From: Planctomycetota bacterium
Lineage (GTDB): Bacteria > Planctomycetota > UBA1135 > GCA-002686595
Assembly: GCA_965662915.1 (NCBI GenBank)
Contig: CBFIJG010000001.1
Location: 173,929-237,928 of the forward strand
Direction of reading: 5' to 3'
DNA: 64,000 nt
Below, piece after piece: positions 27,595 through 37,305 of the stretch; within the stretch, counting starts at the first letter, position 1; each line of letters opens with the position of its first letter. The position numbers and the translations under genes were made by a program. The notes beneath the pieces were generated by a model. That model ran no database searches. It saw only the letters and a program-made list of their open reading frames with translations, and had not been told where the DNA came from.

Positions 27595-28668
27595 TCAGCG
27601 GAGGAACGTCTTCTTGAGCGCCTCGGTGCGATCGCCGATGGTGCGGCCCAGGTCCGCGTAATCGACCGTCATGGCCCGGAAATCGCCGATCTTGCCGACG
27701 TGATCGGGCCGGGGCACGTCCGCTCGGACCGGGATCTGGGCCGACCGGGAGTACGCGAGTCGCTCCTCCAGCGGCTTCGAGAGGACCCAGTCGATGAAGC
27801 GCTTGGCGTTGTCCGGGTGGGGCGCGTCCGCGAGCAACATCACTGTGTTCGGGATCAGGAGCGTGCCGAGGGGGCCTCCGTCGCACTGGAGGCAGCCCGG
27901 CGAGTCGACCTGGTCGGGGTAGACGCGTTTGACCGGGCTCCCGTCCATCCGGGAGACGTTGAAGTCGTCGGTGTCGGTGAACGCCCACGCGAGGGTTCCG
28001 CTCTCGACGAGCTTCATAGCCTGGCCGTTCGACTCGAGGATCTGGACGTGGCCCTTGGCGTTCGCCTGGACGAGGTCGTCCATGAAGGCAGCCGTCCACT
28101 GCTCGCCCATCGTCTGGTAGAGCGCGGTGGCATGGGTCAGCGTGGTCCCCGTCAGCGGGCGCGCGATGCCGCACTTGCCGCGCCAGCGCTCGTCGAAGAG
28201 GTCCAGGGTGCCCGCGGGCTCTTCTCCCGTCGGGACGAGGTCCGCGTTGACGATGAGCACGCGGGCGCGAGCGCCGAAGCCGACCCAGAGGGAGGCCGGG
28301 TCCTTGAAGGCGGCCGGGATGTCGGCCGCCGCCGGTGAGTCGTACGGCTGGAGCAGCCCCAGCTCGGCGAGCCTGATCGTCTGGGCGATCTCGTTGTTCC
28401 AGAAGACGTCCGTGCGGGGCCGTGTGCGTGCCTCCTCGATGATGGCACGCACATGGCCGACCGTCTTCGTCTGCTCGATGTCGTACTGGGCTTTCACCTC
28501 CAGCCCGGTCTCGGCCTCGAATTCGCGGATCAGCTCCTCGGAGAAGATCTGGTCCAGTGAGACCCTCACCACGAGATCCGGCTCCTTCCCACACCCGGTC
28601 AGGGCGCCGAGGGCCACGAGGAGGGCGAAGCGGCTGCTGGGGCCGGGGAGAGGGTGCTTACGGCTCAT
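27595..28668 (-). CDS. ABC transporter periplasmic substrate-binding lipoprotein (Fe(III)/thiamine-type, SBP family 1)
   Basis: Track ORF 27595..28761 trimmed to ATG 28668 (MSRKHPLPGPSSRFALLVALGALTGC lipobox). The body (DVFWNNEIAQTIRLAELGLLQPY..., WVGFGARARVLIVN) is like FbpA/AfuA/ThiB-type binding proteins. Confidence 0.85.
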   Translation of the reverse strand: MSRKHPLPGPSSRFALLVALGALTGCGKEPDLVVRVSLDQIFSEELIREFEAETGLEVKAQYDIEQTKTVGHVRAIIEEARTRPRTDVFWNNEIAQTIRLAELGLLQPYDSPAAADIPAAFKDPASLWVGFGARARVLIVNADLVPTGEEPAGTLDLFDERWRGKCGIARPLTGTTLTHATALYQTMGEQWTAAFMDDLVQANAKGHVQILESNGQAMKLVESGTLAWAFTDTDDFNVSRMDGSPVKRVYPDQVDSPGCLQCDGGPLGTLLIPNTVMLLADAPHPDNAKRFIDWVLSKPLEERLAYSRSAQIPVRADVPRPDHVGKIGDFRAMTVDYADLGRTIGDRTEALKKTFLR

Positions 28669-28815
28669 GCGGTGGAGGATAGTCCGGCGGCGTGGCTCGG
28701 CCACAGTTGCTCGGCGCAGTATCCTCAACGCGCCGCGAATCCGGTCCGGGTTCGTGGACACCGCAGTCCGGTCGGGTCAGCCCCCGGCCCAAGTTCCACC
28801 AGAAGCGTTCGAAAG

Positions 28816-29991
28816 ATGAGCCTCAGCGCCCGTATGTCCGTCCTCGGGACCGAAACGGCCTTCGAGGTCTTCGCCAGAGCCAAGGCCCTCGAGGCCACTG
28901 GCAAGGACCTCGTTCACTTGCACATCGGCGCGCCGGACTTCGAGACGCCCGCCAACATCGTCGAGGCGGGGCAGAGGGCGCTCGCCGACGGCTGGCACAA
29001 GTACACGCCTGCGAAGGGGATCCCCGAGCTCCGGGAGGCGGTCGTGGACAACATTCGCGAATTCCGTGGAGCCGAGGTGGACCCGGACCAGGTGCTCATC
29101 GTCCCGGGCGGGAAGCCGACGATGTTCTACGCGATCATGATGTTCGGGGAGGCTGGCAAGGAGGTCCTCTATCCCAACCCCGGCTTCCCGATCTACGAGA
29201 GCGTGATCCACTGGTCCGGGGCGAAGGCGGTCCCGTACGCCCTTCCGGAGGAGAAGGGCTTCGCGTTCAGCGCCGAGGAGGTACTGGCGCAGATCACGCC
29301 GGAGACCTCGCTCCTGATCGTGAACACGCCGGCGAATCCCACCGGCGGGATCGTGCCGCGCTCCGAGTTCGACGCCCTGGTGTCCGGCCTCGAGGCGCAT
29401 CCGCACGTCACGGTGCTCTGCGACGAGATCTACAGCCGTCAGCTCTACGACGGCGAGGAGCACGTCTCGATCCTGCAGTACGACTCCATGAAGGAGCGAT
29501 CCATCGTCCTGGACGGTTGGAGCAAGACGTACGCGATGACCGGTTGGCGGCTCGGCTACGGCGTATGGCCGAAGCACCTGATCGATCACGCGGAGCGACT
29601 CCAGATCAACTCGTCCAGCTGCGCGAACGCCGTCACGCAGGTGGCGGCTATCGAGGCCCTCCGCGGTCCACAGGGCGAGGTGGATCGAATGCTCGAGGCC
29701 TTCGATGTGCGCCGCAAGATCATCCACGCGGAGCTGAACGCGATCCCCGGCTTCAGCTGCGTCATGCCCAAGGGGGCGTTCTACGCCTTCCCGAACACCT
29801 CGGGGACCGGGATCGATAGCCGTGTCCTCGAGCACGAGCTGCTGAACGATGCTGGCGTGGCGTGCCTCTCCGGAACCAGCTTCGGGGCCTTCGGAGAGGG
29901 CTACATGCGCTTCAGCTACGCGAACAGCGCCGAGAACATCCGTGAGGGCCTCCGCCGCGTGCGGGAGCACATCGAGAGCCGCCGGAGCTGA
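28816..29991 (+). CDS. pyridoxal-phosphate-dependent aminotransferase, class I (aspartate aminotransferase-like)
   Basis: Track ORF 28654..29991 trimmed to ATG 28816. Contains NPANPTGG, and the PLP-lysine motif WSKTYAMTGWRLGYG. Confidence 0.9.
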   Translation: MSLSARMSVLGTETAFEVFARAKALEATGKDLVHLHIGAPDFETPANIVEAGQRALADGWHKYTPAKGIPELREAVVDNIREFRGAEVDPDQVLIVPGGKPTMFYAIMMFGEAGKEVLYPNPGFPIYESVIHWSGAKAVPYALPEEKGFAFSAEEVLAQITPETSLLIVNTPANPTGGIVPRSEFDALVSGLEAHPHVTVLCDEIYSRQLYDGEEHVSILQYDSMKERSIVLDGWSKTYAMTGWRLGYGVWPKHLIDHAERLQINSSSCANAVTQVAAIEALRGPQGEVDRMLEAFDVRRKIIHAELNAIPGFSCVMPKGAFYAFPNTSGTGIDSRVLEHELLNDAGVACLSGTSFGAFGEGYMRFSYANSAENIREGLRRVREHIESRRS

Positions 29992-29999
29992 TCGACACG

Positions 30000-31031
30000 A
30001 TGGCCGCCGACTTCAGAAGCGACACAGTCACGCGCCCCACGGCTTCCATGCGCGCCGCGATGCTCGAGGCGCAGGTGGGGGACGACGTCCTCGACGGGGA
30101 TCCGACCGTGCGGGCGCTCGAGGCGGAGGCGGCCGAGTGGCTGGGGAAGCCTCGGGCCCTCTTCGTGCCGTCGGGGACGATGGCGAACCAGGTGGCGCTC
30201 GGCTCGTGGACGCGTCCCGGGGACGAGATCATCTCCCAGCGGTGGGCGCACGTGACCACCTTCGAGGGAGGCGCCGCGGGCTTCCTCCACGGCGTGCAGA
30301 GCATGACCCTCGGCGGACGGGACGGCCGCATGGACCCGGCGGAGGTCGCGGAGGTGGTTCGGCCTGACCTCATCCACTGCCCGCGCACGGCGCTCGTCTG
30401 CCTCGAGCAGACCCACAACGTGGCGGGCGGCGTCGTCGTCCCCATGGACGAGTTCTCAGCCATCAGCGACGCGGCCAGGGCGCGCGGGATCCCTGTGCAT
30501 CTGGACGGCGCTCGCCTCGCGAACGCGGTGGTGGCCTCCGGCCGCGCCGCGCCCGTCTGGACCGGAATGGTCGATTCCGTCTCCCTGTGCCTGTCCAAGG
30601 GGCTCGGCGCGCCCGTGGGGTCGGTCGTTGCGGGTGACGTTGATTTCATCGAGCGAGCGATGAGGGTCCGCAAGAGGCTCGGCGGATGGATGCGACAGGC
30701 CGGGCTCATCGCAGCCGCCGCGCGAGTCGCGCTGTCCGAGAACGTGCAGAGACTGGCCCTCGATCATGCGCTGGCGAGAGACCTGGCGGAGCGGCTCGAC
30801 GCGCTGGATGGACTGTCCTCCGATCCTGAAAAGGTCGAGACCAACATCGTGATGGTGGAGGTGACTCGAGCGGGTCTGACCGCGGCCGCGCTCGCGGCCG
30901 AGCTAGGGGAGCGGGGCGTGAAGGTGATGCCCATGGGCCCCCAGGTGCTGCGCTTCGTCACGCACTGCGACGTGGGGCAGGCAGATCTCGACCTCCTAGT
31001 GAGCGCTGCGGCAGAGATCCTGGAGCCCTGA
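30000..31031 (+). CDS. ltaE: low-specificity L-threonine aldolase
   Basis: Contains FRSDTVTRPTASMRAAMLEAQVGDDVLDGDPTV, HLDGARLANA and CLSKGLGAPVGS (PLP lysine). Confidence 0.9.
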   Translation: MAADFRSDTVTRPTASMRAAMLEAQVGDDVLDGDPTVRALEAEAAEWLGKPRALFVPSGTMANQVALGSWTRPGDEIISQRWAHVTTFEGGAAGFLHGVQSMTLGGRDGRMDPAEVAEVVRPDLIHCPRTALVCLEQTHNVAGGVVVPMDEFSAISDAARARGIPVHLDGARLANAVVASGRAAPVWTGMVDSVSLCLSKGLGAPVGSVVAGDVDFIERAMRVRKRLGGWMRQAGLIAAAARVALSENVQRLALDHALARDLAERLDALDGLSSDPEKVETNIVMVEVTRAGLTAAALAAELGERGVKVMPMGPQVLRFVTHCDVGQADLDLLVSAAAEILEP

Positions 31032-31034
31032 GGC

Positions 31035-31061
31035 CAGCGGCAGGGAGCTCGTCAGCCGCTG
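31035..31061 (+). terminator. short hairpin after ltaE
   Basis: CAGCGGC / GCCGCTG 7-bp stem with a 13-nt loop, immediately after the ltaE stop (31031). Confidence 0.3.
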
Positions 31062-31140
31062 CCGGTGGCTCAAGCCGTGCGCGCGGGGCCAGGGCTGATT
31101 ATCCTCCCCGACCCGGTCCGTGCCCTGACCAACCCCTGCG

Positions 31141-32097
31141 ATGAGTCCCGCGATCCCCACGAAGAAGCTGACGGTGGTCGGTGCTGGCTATGTCGGCTCC
31201 ACCTGCGCCCATCTCGCCGCCCTCAAGAACCTGGCTCCGGAGATTTGCCTGATCGACATCGCCGAGGGCCGGCCCCAGGGCATCGCGCTGGACATGAATC
31301 AGTCCGCCGCGATCGAGGGGTTCGGCAGTCGCGTCGTCGGGACGAACGACCCGGCTGGCACCGAGGACAGCGACGTCTTCATCGTGACGGCGGGGCTCCC
31401 GCGCAAACCCGGGATGAGCCGCTCGGACCTCCTCGAGGTGAACGGGCAGGTGATGCGCAGCGTCGCGGAGTACATCCGCGCCGGATCCCCAGAGGCGATC
31501 GTGATCGTGGTGACGAACCCGCTCGACTCGATGGTGACCCTCATGCGGCACCACCTGGGATTCCCGGCCTCGCGGGTCATCGGCATGGCCGGCGTCCTCG
31601 ATTCGGCCCGCTACTCCTGGTTCATCGCCGAGGGAACGGGCGCCGCCGTGCAGGACGTGGACGCGATGGTGCTCGGCGCCCACGGTGACTCGATGGTGCC
31701 CATGGCCGACCGGTGCACCGTCAGTGGGATCGGCGTCCTCGATCTCCTCGATCGTGACGCGGTGGAGGCGATGGGGGAGCGCACGAAGAAGGGCGGCGGT
31801 GAGATCGTGAAGCTCCTGAAGACCGGCAGCGCTTGGTACGCGCCAGCCTCCGCCTCCGTGGCGATGGCCGCGTCGATCCTCCGGGACGAGAAGCGGCTGC
31901 TGCCCTGCGCATGCCTGCTCAACGGTGAGTACGGCATCGAGAACCTCTACATGGGCGTGCCAGCGGTGCTCGGCGCCAGCGGAGTCGAGCGCATCGTGGA
32001 GCTGCCCCTGCGCACCGAGTCACGCGCGCTGCTCCAGAAGACCGCCGGGGCGATCCACGAGGACGTCCTCGCGATGCGCGACCTCGGGCTCTTCTGA
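31141..32097 (+). CDS. mdh: malate dehydrogenase (LDH-like type)
   Basis: Contains KKLTVVGAGYVGSTCA (Rossmann), IVTAGLPRKPGMSRSDLL (the substrate-specificity Arg of MDH), VVTNPLD and GAHGDSMVP. Confidence 0.95.
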   Translation: MSPAIPTKKLTVVGAGYVGSTCAHLAALKNLAPEICLIDIAEGRPQGIALDMNQSAAIEGFGSRVVGTNDPAGTEDSDVFIVTAGLPRKPGMSRSDLLEVNGQVMRSVAEYIRAGSPEAIVIVVTNPLDSMVTLMRHHLGFPASRVIGMAGVLDSARYSWFIAEGTGAAVQDVDAMVLGAHGDSMVPMADRCTVSGIGVLDLLDRDAVEAMGERTKKGGGEIVKLLKTGSAWYAPASASVAMAASILRDEKRLLPCACLLNGEYGIENLYMGVPAVLGASGVERIVELPLRTESRALLQKTAGAIHEDVLAMRDLGLF

Positions 32098-32110
32098 GCC
32101 GGGGCTCTCG

Positions 32111-33175
32111 CTAGAGTGGGAAGATTCGCCCTTCCTCGAGGACGGTGAAGCCGGCCCTTCGCACGAGCTCCGCTTCGATGCTGCTGGGGTCGGCAGCCGG
32201 GTTCGAGTGGTTGAGGTGAGTGAAGAAGATCTTCGCCCTCTCGGCCTCGGGGAGCCTCCGGAAGCGCTCGATCGACTCGATGATGAAGGGGTGTGGGATC
32301 TCGCTCATGCTCCGCCCGGGGAGCTCGCCTGGACCGAAGAACGTCCCGTCGAGGAGGGCGTAGTCGACGGCACGGATCCAGTCCTCGATGGCCACGTCCC
32401 AGCGATCCCATTTGTCGATGTCCGGGATGTAGAGGAGTGATCTGGACGGCCCCTCGACGACGAAGCCGACCGTGTCGCTGAACTCGCCTCGGTGGGGAAC
32501 GGGGAAAGCGCTGATCGTCAGGGTCTCTTCTCTCGTCCGGCGCGTGGGTCGCACTCGCGGCTGGGGTCCCGGAGTCGCGGCTTCCATCGGAAGCGGCGCG
32601 CCGCGCAGGTGCCCCGCATCGAAGAGCAGGCTCCAGGGACCGTTGGAGCGGAGGAACTCCATCAGGCGAGGTGTTCCATGCAGCGCCGTCTCCGCGGTCC
32701 CGTAGGCCTCCCGCCCGAGGTAGGCGAGGCCGGCATAGTGTCCCAGGTGCGCGTGGGTGACGTAGATGCCGTCGAAGAGGGCGGGCCGCCCGTCGGTCGC
32801 GGACTGGACGCCGAACTGTCGCGCGAGTTCCACCTGCTCCGGGAGGTGCGGGCTGGCGTCGATGAGGAGCCGCGCGTCAGCGGCGGGGTCGACCGCCAGC
32901 AGGCTCGTCACCAGCCGACGCAGGCGAGGGTCGCGGCGAGCAGCGGCGCAGCACTCACGACCGCAGCCGATCTGTGGCAGGCCGCCGTCCTGGGCCGTGC
33001 CGAGGACGACCACGTAGGGCTGACCGGACTCGACGCCCGCGTGGAGCAGTGGACTCGAACCGCCCGGCGCCGCCGGAACCGCGCAGGCTCCACTGATCGC
33101 GACCATGGTGAGGCAGGCGGTGCTGACCATGGCGCGCGCGCCCTTGCGGGGCCTTCCTCGGGGAGCGTCTCGCAT
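32111..33175 (-). CDS. MBL-fold metallo-hydrolase, PqqB-like, secreted
   Basis: Contains VVVLGTAQDGGLPQIGCGRECCAAARRD, and THAHLGHYAGL in place of the HxHxDH region, with a signal-like N-terminus. The start could instead be ATG 33130. Confidence 0.8.
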   Translation of the reverse strand: MRDAPRGRPRKGARAMVSTACLTMVAISGACAVPAAPGGSSPLLHAGVESGQPYVVVLGTAQDGGLPQIGCGRECCAAARRDPRLRRLVTSLLAVDPAADARLLIDASPHLPEQVELARQFGVQSATDGRPALFDGIYVTHAHLGHYAGLAYLGREAYGTAETALHGTPRLMEFLRSNGPWSLLFDAGHLRGAPLPMEAATPGPQPRVRPTRRTREETLTISAFPVPHRGEFSDTVGFVVEGPSRSLLYIPDIDKWDRWDVAIEDWIRAVDYALLDGTFFGPGELPGRSMSEIPHPFIIESIERFRRLPEAERAKIFFTHLNHSNPAADPSSIEAELVRRAGFTVLEEGRIFPL

Positions 33176-33281
33176 CGCCCGATGGTAATCTCACGCCCCG
33201 TTCGGCCCCATCTCTGGGCGCCAGAGCCTCTCCCGGGACGCCCGCGCTAGGGCCCTCAGGAGTTCACCCAGGAACGCAGCG

Positions 33282-34688
33282 ATGTCGTCCATCCCCACAC
33301 GCACCGAGACCGACTCCATGGGCCCCATCGAGGTGCCCGTCAACGCCCTCTGGGGCGCTCAGACCCAGCGCTCTCTGGGCAACTTCAAGATCGGTGGTCA
33401 GCGCTTCACGCGACCGATGATCCGGGCCCTAGGGCTCGTGAAGAAGTGCGCGGCGCGTGTCAACGCGGAGCTGGGCGAGCTGGACATGCTCGAGTCCCAT
33501 GTACGCGACGCGATGATCCAGGCGGCGGACGAGGTGATCGCAGGCGATCACGACGCCGAGTTCCCGCTCGTCGTCTGGCAAACCGGGTCCGGGACGCAGT
33601 CGAACATGAACACCAACGAGGTGATCTCGAATCGCGCGATCCAGCTGGTCGGCGGCGAGATGGGCTCGAAGGAGCCAGTCCACCCGAACGACCACTGCAA
33701 CCGCGCCCAGTCCTCCAACGACACCTTCCCGACGGCCATGCACGTGGCCGCCGCAGAGGAGGTCGTCCACACCCTGGTGCCCTCCCTGAACGAGCTGGCG
33801 AAGGCGTTTGAGGACAAGGAGGCCGCCTGGAAGGACATCGTCAAGATCGGGAGGACCCACCTCCAGGACGCAACGCCGCTGATGCTCGCTCAAGAGGTCT
33901 CCGGCTGGCGCCAGCAGGTGCTCGACGGGATTCGTGCGATCGAGTCCACGCTTCCTGCCCTCTACGAGCTCGCTCAAGGGGGGACTGCCGTGGGCACCGG
34001 GCTCAACACCCGTCCGGGCTACGCGCGGCGATTCGCGGCCGTGATGGCCGAGGAGACCGGGCTGCCGTTCGTCACGGCCCCGAACAAGTTCAGCGCCCTG
34101 GCGGGACACGACGCCCTCGTCTTCTGTCACGGCGCCCTCAAGACGATCGCGTGCGCACTGATGAAGATCGCGAACGACGTGCGCTGGCTCGGGAGCGGGC
34201 CGCGTTCCGGACTGGGCGAGCTGAAGCTTCCAGCGAACGAGCCCGGCTCGTCGATCATGCCGGGGAAGGTGAACCCCACCCAGTGCGAGGCCTTGACGAT
34301 GGTGGCGGCGCAGGTGATCGGGAACGACGCCGCGGTCGGCGTCGCCGGGAGCCAGGGCAACTTCGAGCTCAACGTCTACAAGCCGGTGATGATCCACAAC
34401 GTGCTGGAGTCGATCCGGCTCCTGGCCGACGGGGCGGACTCGTTCCGTGAGAACTGCATCCGTGGGCTCGACGTGGACGCTGGCCGGATCGATCACCTCA
34501 TGAAGCAGTCCCTGATGCTCGTGACGGCGCTGAATCGCCACATCGGCTACGACAACGCCGCGAAGGTCGCCAAGAAGGCCTACGTCGAGGGGACCACGCT
34601 CGTCGAGGCCGTGACCTCGCTCGGGCTGATGACCGCGGAGGAGTTCGAAGCGGCTGTCGTGCCCGCCGAGATGACAGGCCCAGCATGA
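33282..34688 (+). CDS. fumC: class II fumarate hydratase
   Basis: Signature [16 protein letters not shown], together with [16 protein letters not shown] and [21 protein letters not shown]. Confidence 0.98.
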   Translation: MSSIPTRTETDSMGPIEVPVNALWGAQTQRSLGNFKIGGQRFTRPMIRALGLVKKCAARVNAELGELDMLESHVRDAMIQAADEVIAGDHDAEFPLVVWQTGSGTQSNMNTNEVISNRAIQLVGGEMGSKEPVHPNDHCNRAQSSNDTFPTAMHVAAAEEVVHTLVPSLNELAKAFEDKEAAWKDIVKIGRTHLQDATPLMLAQEVSGWRQQVLDGIRAIESTLPALYELAQGGTAVGTGLNTRPGYARRFAAVMAEETGLPFVTAPNKFSALAGHDALVFCHGALKTIACALMKIANDVRWLGSGPRSGLGELKLPANEPGSSIMPGKVNPTQCEALTMVAAQVIGNDAAVGVAGSQGNFELNVYKPVMIHNVLESIRLLADGADSFRENCIRGLDVDAGRIDHLMKQSLMLVTALNRHIGYDNAAKVAKKAYVEGTTLVEAVTSLGLMTAEEFEAAVVPAEMTGPA

Positions 34689-34909
34689 CCGAGGTCCTCT
34701 CGCCAGATCGACGGCTCTCCGATCTCCGGAATCGATACGAGGCTCCAGCGCTGCCACTGGACGAGGCGTTGCTCCCGGAGGACGTGGCGAAGGGGCTCTC
34801 GGAACTTGTTGCTTCCATCGCCGGGCGGATGCCTCTCGAGCGCGCGAGGGGGGCGGAACGCCGCCTCGAGGGCCGAATCACCGCTCTCAGGTCGACGGAG
34901 CGAGCTTGA
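34685..34909 (+). CDS. hypothetical small protein (74 aa)
   Basis: The ATG overlaps the fumC stop (ATGA). G/C predominates at third codon positions (by eye). No family recognised. Confidence 0.35.
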   Translation: MTEVLSPDRRLSDLRNRYEAPALPLDEALLPEDVAKGLSELVASIAGRMPLERARGAERRLEGRITALRSTERA

Positions 34910-35022
34910 CGCTGACACCCGGTGGCCGGTCGGGTCATTGCTTTTTTTGAGTCTTTCACTGCTCCCCCGGCTGGCTCCTGGCGCCTATCCTGTTCCCCCT
35001 GCACAGCGCTCCAGACCTCCCC

Positions 35023-35148
35023 ATGAAGCTCAAGATTCGCAACAGCAAGTCCAAGAAGGCCAAGAAGACGGGCTTCCTCACACGTCAGCGCACCTCCGGT
35101 GGCCGCAAGGTCAACAAGCGCCACCGCAGCCGGCACGGCAGCTTCTGA
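35023..35148 (+). CDS. rpmH: 50S ribosomal protein L34
   Basis: Not in the ORF track because it is only 41 codons. The translation is MKLKIRNSKSKKAKKTGFLTRQRTSGGRKVNKRHRSRHGSF. The core GF(L/R)xRxxTxxGRKVxxxRRxxG matches L34. Confidence 0.8.
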   Translation: MKLKIRNSKSKKAKKTGFLTRQRTSGGRKVNKRHRSRHGSF

Positions 35149-35296
35149 CGCAAGTCGCGCCCTGCGCGGCGCGCCACCGTCCCGGTCGGGCCCCCGCCCG
35201 ACCTCTTTACACGAGGCGATTCCTTGGTGGGTCGCCTCGCTGCGTTGACTCCTCATGACGCGCGTCCCCGGGTCGCGCACTGCTGACTGGACGCTC

Positions 35297-37243
35297 ATGG
35301 CAAAGCCCGAGAACCACGACGAGCACCTGGCGCGCTTCCTTCCCCGGACGCGAGCTCAGATGGCGCTGCGTGGCTGGGACGAGCTCGATATCGTCCTCGT
35401 GACGGGTGATGGCTACGTCGACCATCCGTCCTTCGGCGGGGCCGTGATCGGGCGTGTCCTCGAGGCCGAGGGCTACAGGGTCGGGATCCTCGACTGCCCC
35501 GAGATCGATGATGCGGACGGATCCTCCGGCTGGGAGCGTCTGCCCGCGCCACGGCTGTTCGTCGGCGTCACGGCAGGGACCATCGATTCGATGGTCACCG
35601 GCTACACGGCCGCCAAGAAGAAGCGGCGCGTGGACGTGTACCGGCCGGGCGGGGAGACGGGGCGACCGAATCGAGCCACGATCGGCTACACGGCCAAGGC
35701 GCGCCATCACTTTCGGGGCGTTCCGATCATCGTGGGAGGGCTCGAGGCCGGACCCCGTCGCCTCGCCTACTGGGATTACTGGGACGAGCGATTTCGCCGC
35801 TCGATCCTCGTCGACTCGAAGGCCGACCTGCTCGTGTGGGGTATGGGGGAGCGGCAGATCGTCGAGATCGCCGCGCGCATCCGGGACGGGGCGCCGCTGG
35901 GTGCGATCCCGGGAACGTGTGAGGTCGTCGGGGAGGCGGAGATCCCTGAAACCGCGCGCCTCGTCCCGAGTTTCGAGTCCCTCGCGGCGGACGATACGCT
36001 CCTGATAGAGCTCTTCAACGCCGTTCGTGAGGAGAACAGCCCTTCTTCCCGCGTCCTCGCGCAGGAGCACGCGGGGCGCTTCGTGTTGCAGTACCCGCCC
36101 GCGCCTCCCGCGGCCCAGGACGAGGTGGATCGCTGGTTCGATCTGCCCTATCAGCGCGAGTGGCATCCCGACCATACGGACCGCGGTGGCGTGGCGGCCC
36201 TCGAGCCGGTCCGCTGGAGCGTCAACACCCATCGCGGGTGCATGGCGGACTGCTCCTTCTGTTCGATCACGTTCCACCAGGGACGGAGCATTCAATCGCG
36301 CTCGGAGGAGTCGATCCTCCGTGAGGTGACCGCGCTGGCTGGTCACCATGATTTCCGTGGCACGATCACGGACGTCGGGGGCCCGACGGCCAACATGTAC
36401 GGCCTTGGCTGCAAGCTCCTCGAGAAGGGGGAGGCGTGCCTCGGCCGTGACTGCCTGACGCCGGATCCGTGCCCTGCGCTTCGACTGGACAAGACGACGG
36501 AGGGCTACCGGCGCCTGCTTTCACTCGTTCGCGAGCAGAAGGGCGTCAAGCACGCTTTCGTCTCGTCGGGCATCCGATACGACATGCTGCGTGGCAAGGA
36601 CGGCGCCATGCTTCCGCTGCACCACGAGCTCGTGGAGCACCACGTCCCCGGTCGGATGAAACTCGCGCCGGAGCACGCTTCGGACCGAGTGCTGGAGGCG
36701 ATGAACAAGCCGCGATTCGAGGTCTACGAGGAGTACGAGGCCGAGTACCGCTCCAAGTGCGAGGACATGGGGCGCGATCAGCATCTCGTGAACTACTTCA
36801 TCGTTGGCCACCCTGGTACGACGGTCGAGGATGCCGTCGAGCTCTTCGAGAAGCTCTTCAGCCGGAACTACTCACCGGAGCAGGTTCAGGAGTTCATCCC
36901 GCTCCCGATGACCCGGGCGAACGTCCAGTACGTGTGCGGCGTCGACCCGATCACCCTCGCCGAGACCTACGTTCCCAGGAAAGAGCGCGAGCGGAAGATC
37001 CAGAAGGCGCTGGTGCGCTGGAAGGCGCCCGAGTCCTACCGATTCGTGGTGGAGGGGCTGGAGTCAGCGGGGCGTTCTGACCTGCTCACCCGATTCAAGT
37101 CCCACCCCGCAGTCCGCGCAGGGCGGAGCGGTGCCGGGGGCCGCCGGCGCGGCGGAAGAGGCCGCGGCCGCGGGGCCGCCCGCGGAGCCCCTGTCTCCGG
37201 ATCCGGAGGCGACGCGTCCATGGACCTGGATCCCTGCGGCTGA
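35297..37243 (+). CDS. ygiQ: YgiQ-family radical SAM protein (UPF0313)
   Basis: Track ORF 35255..37243 trimmed to ATG 35297. The N-terminal DIVLVTGDGYVDHPSFGGAVIGRVLEAEGYRVGIL is diagnostic. The radical-SAM cluster is HRGCMADCSFCSI. The C-terminal tail is basic and Gly/Arg-rich. Confidence 0.92.
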   Translation: MAKPENHDEHLARFLPRTRAQMALRGWDELDIVLVTGDGYVDHPSFGGAVIGRVLEAEGYRVGILDCPEIDDADGSSGWERLPAPRLFVGVTAGTIDSMVTGYTAAKKKRRVDVYRPGGETGRPNRATIGYTAKARHHFRGVPIIVGGLEAGPRRLAYWDYWDERFRRSILVDSKADLLVWGMGERQIVEIAARIRDGAPLGAIPGTCEVVGEAEIPETARLVPSFESLAADDTLLIELFNAVREENSPSSRVLAQEHAGRFVLQYPPAPPAAQDEVDRWFDLPYQREWHPDHTDRGGVAALEPVRWSVNTHRGCMADCSFCSITFHQGRSIQSRSEESILREVTALAGHHDFRGTITDVGGPTANMYGLGCKLLEKGEACLGRDCLTPDPCPALRLDKTTEGYRRLLSLVREQKGVKHAFVSSGIRYDMLRGKDGAMLPLHHELVEHHVPGRMKLAPEHASDRVLEAMNKPRFEVYEEYEAEYRSKCEDMGRDQHLVNYFIVGHPGTTVEDAVELFEKLFSRNYSPEQVQEFIPLPMTRANVQYVCGVDPITLAETYVPRKERERKIQKALVRWKAPESYRFVVEGLESAGRSDLLTRFKSHPAVRAGRSGAGGRRRGGRGRGRGAARGAPVSGSGGDASMDLDPCG

Positions 37244-37305
37244 GGGGGCCGGGGGTCCGCCTGGCGTCGCTTCGCCCTGGGACCCACGACGTCTATCATC
37301 GCGGC

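Noticed and set aside
34921-34948. Intrinsic terminator or promoter between the fumC operon and rpmH (TTGACG at 34906 and a T7 run at 34942..34948)
   Set aside because: The stem preceding the T-run (CCGG-UGG-CCGG plus imperfect outer pairs) is weak. No acceptable -10 element lies 17 nt after TTGACG. The evidence is too weak to annotate.
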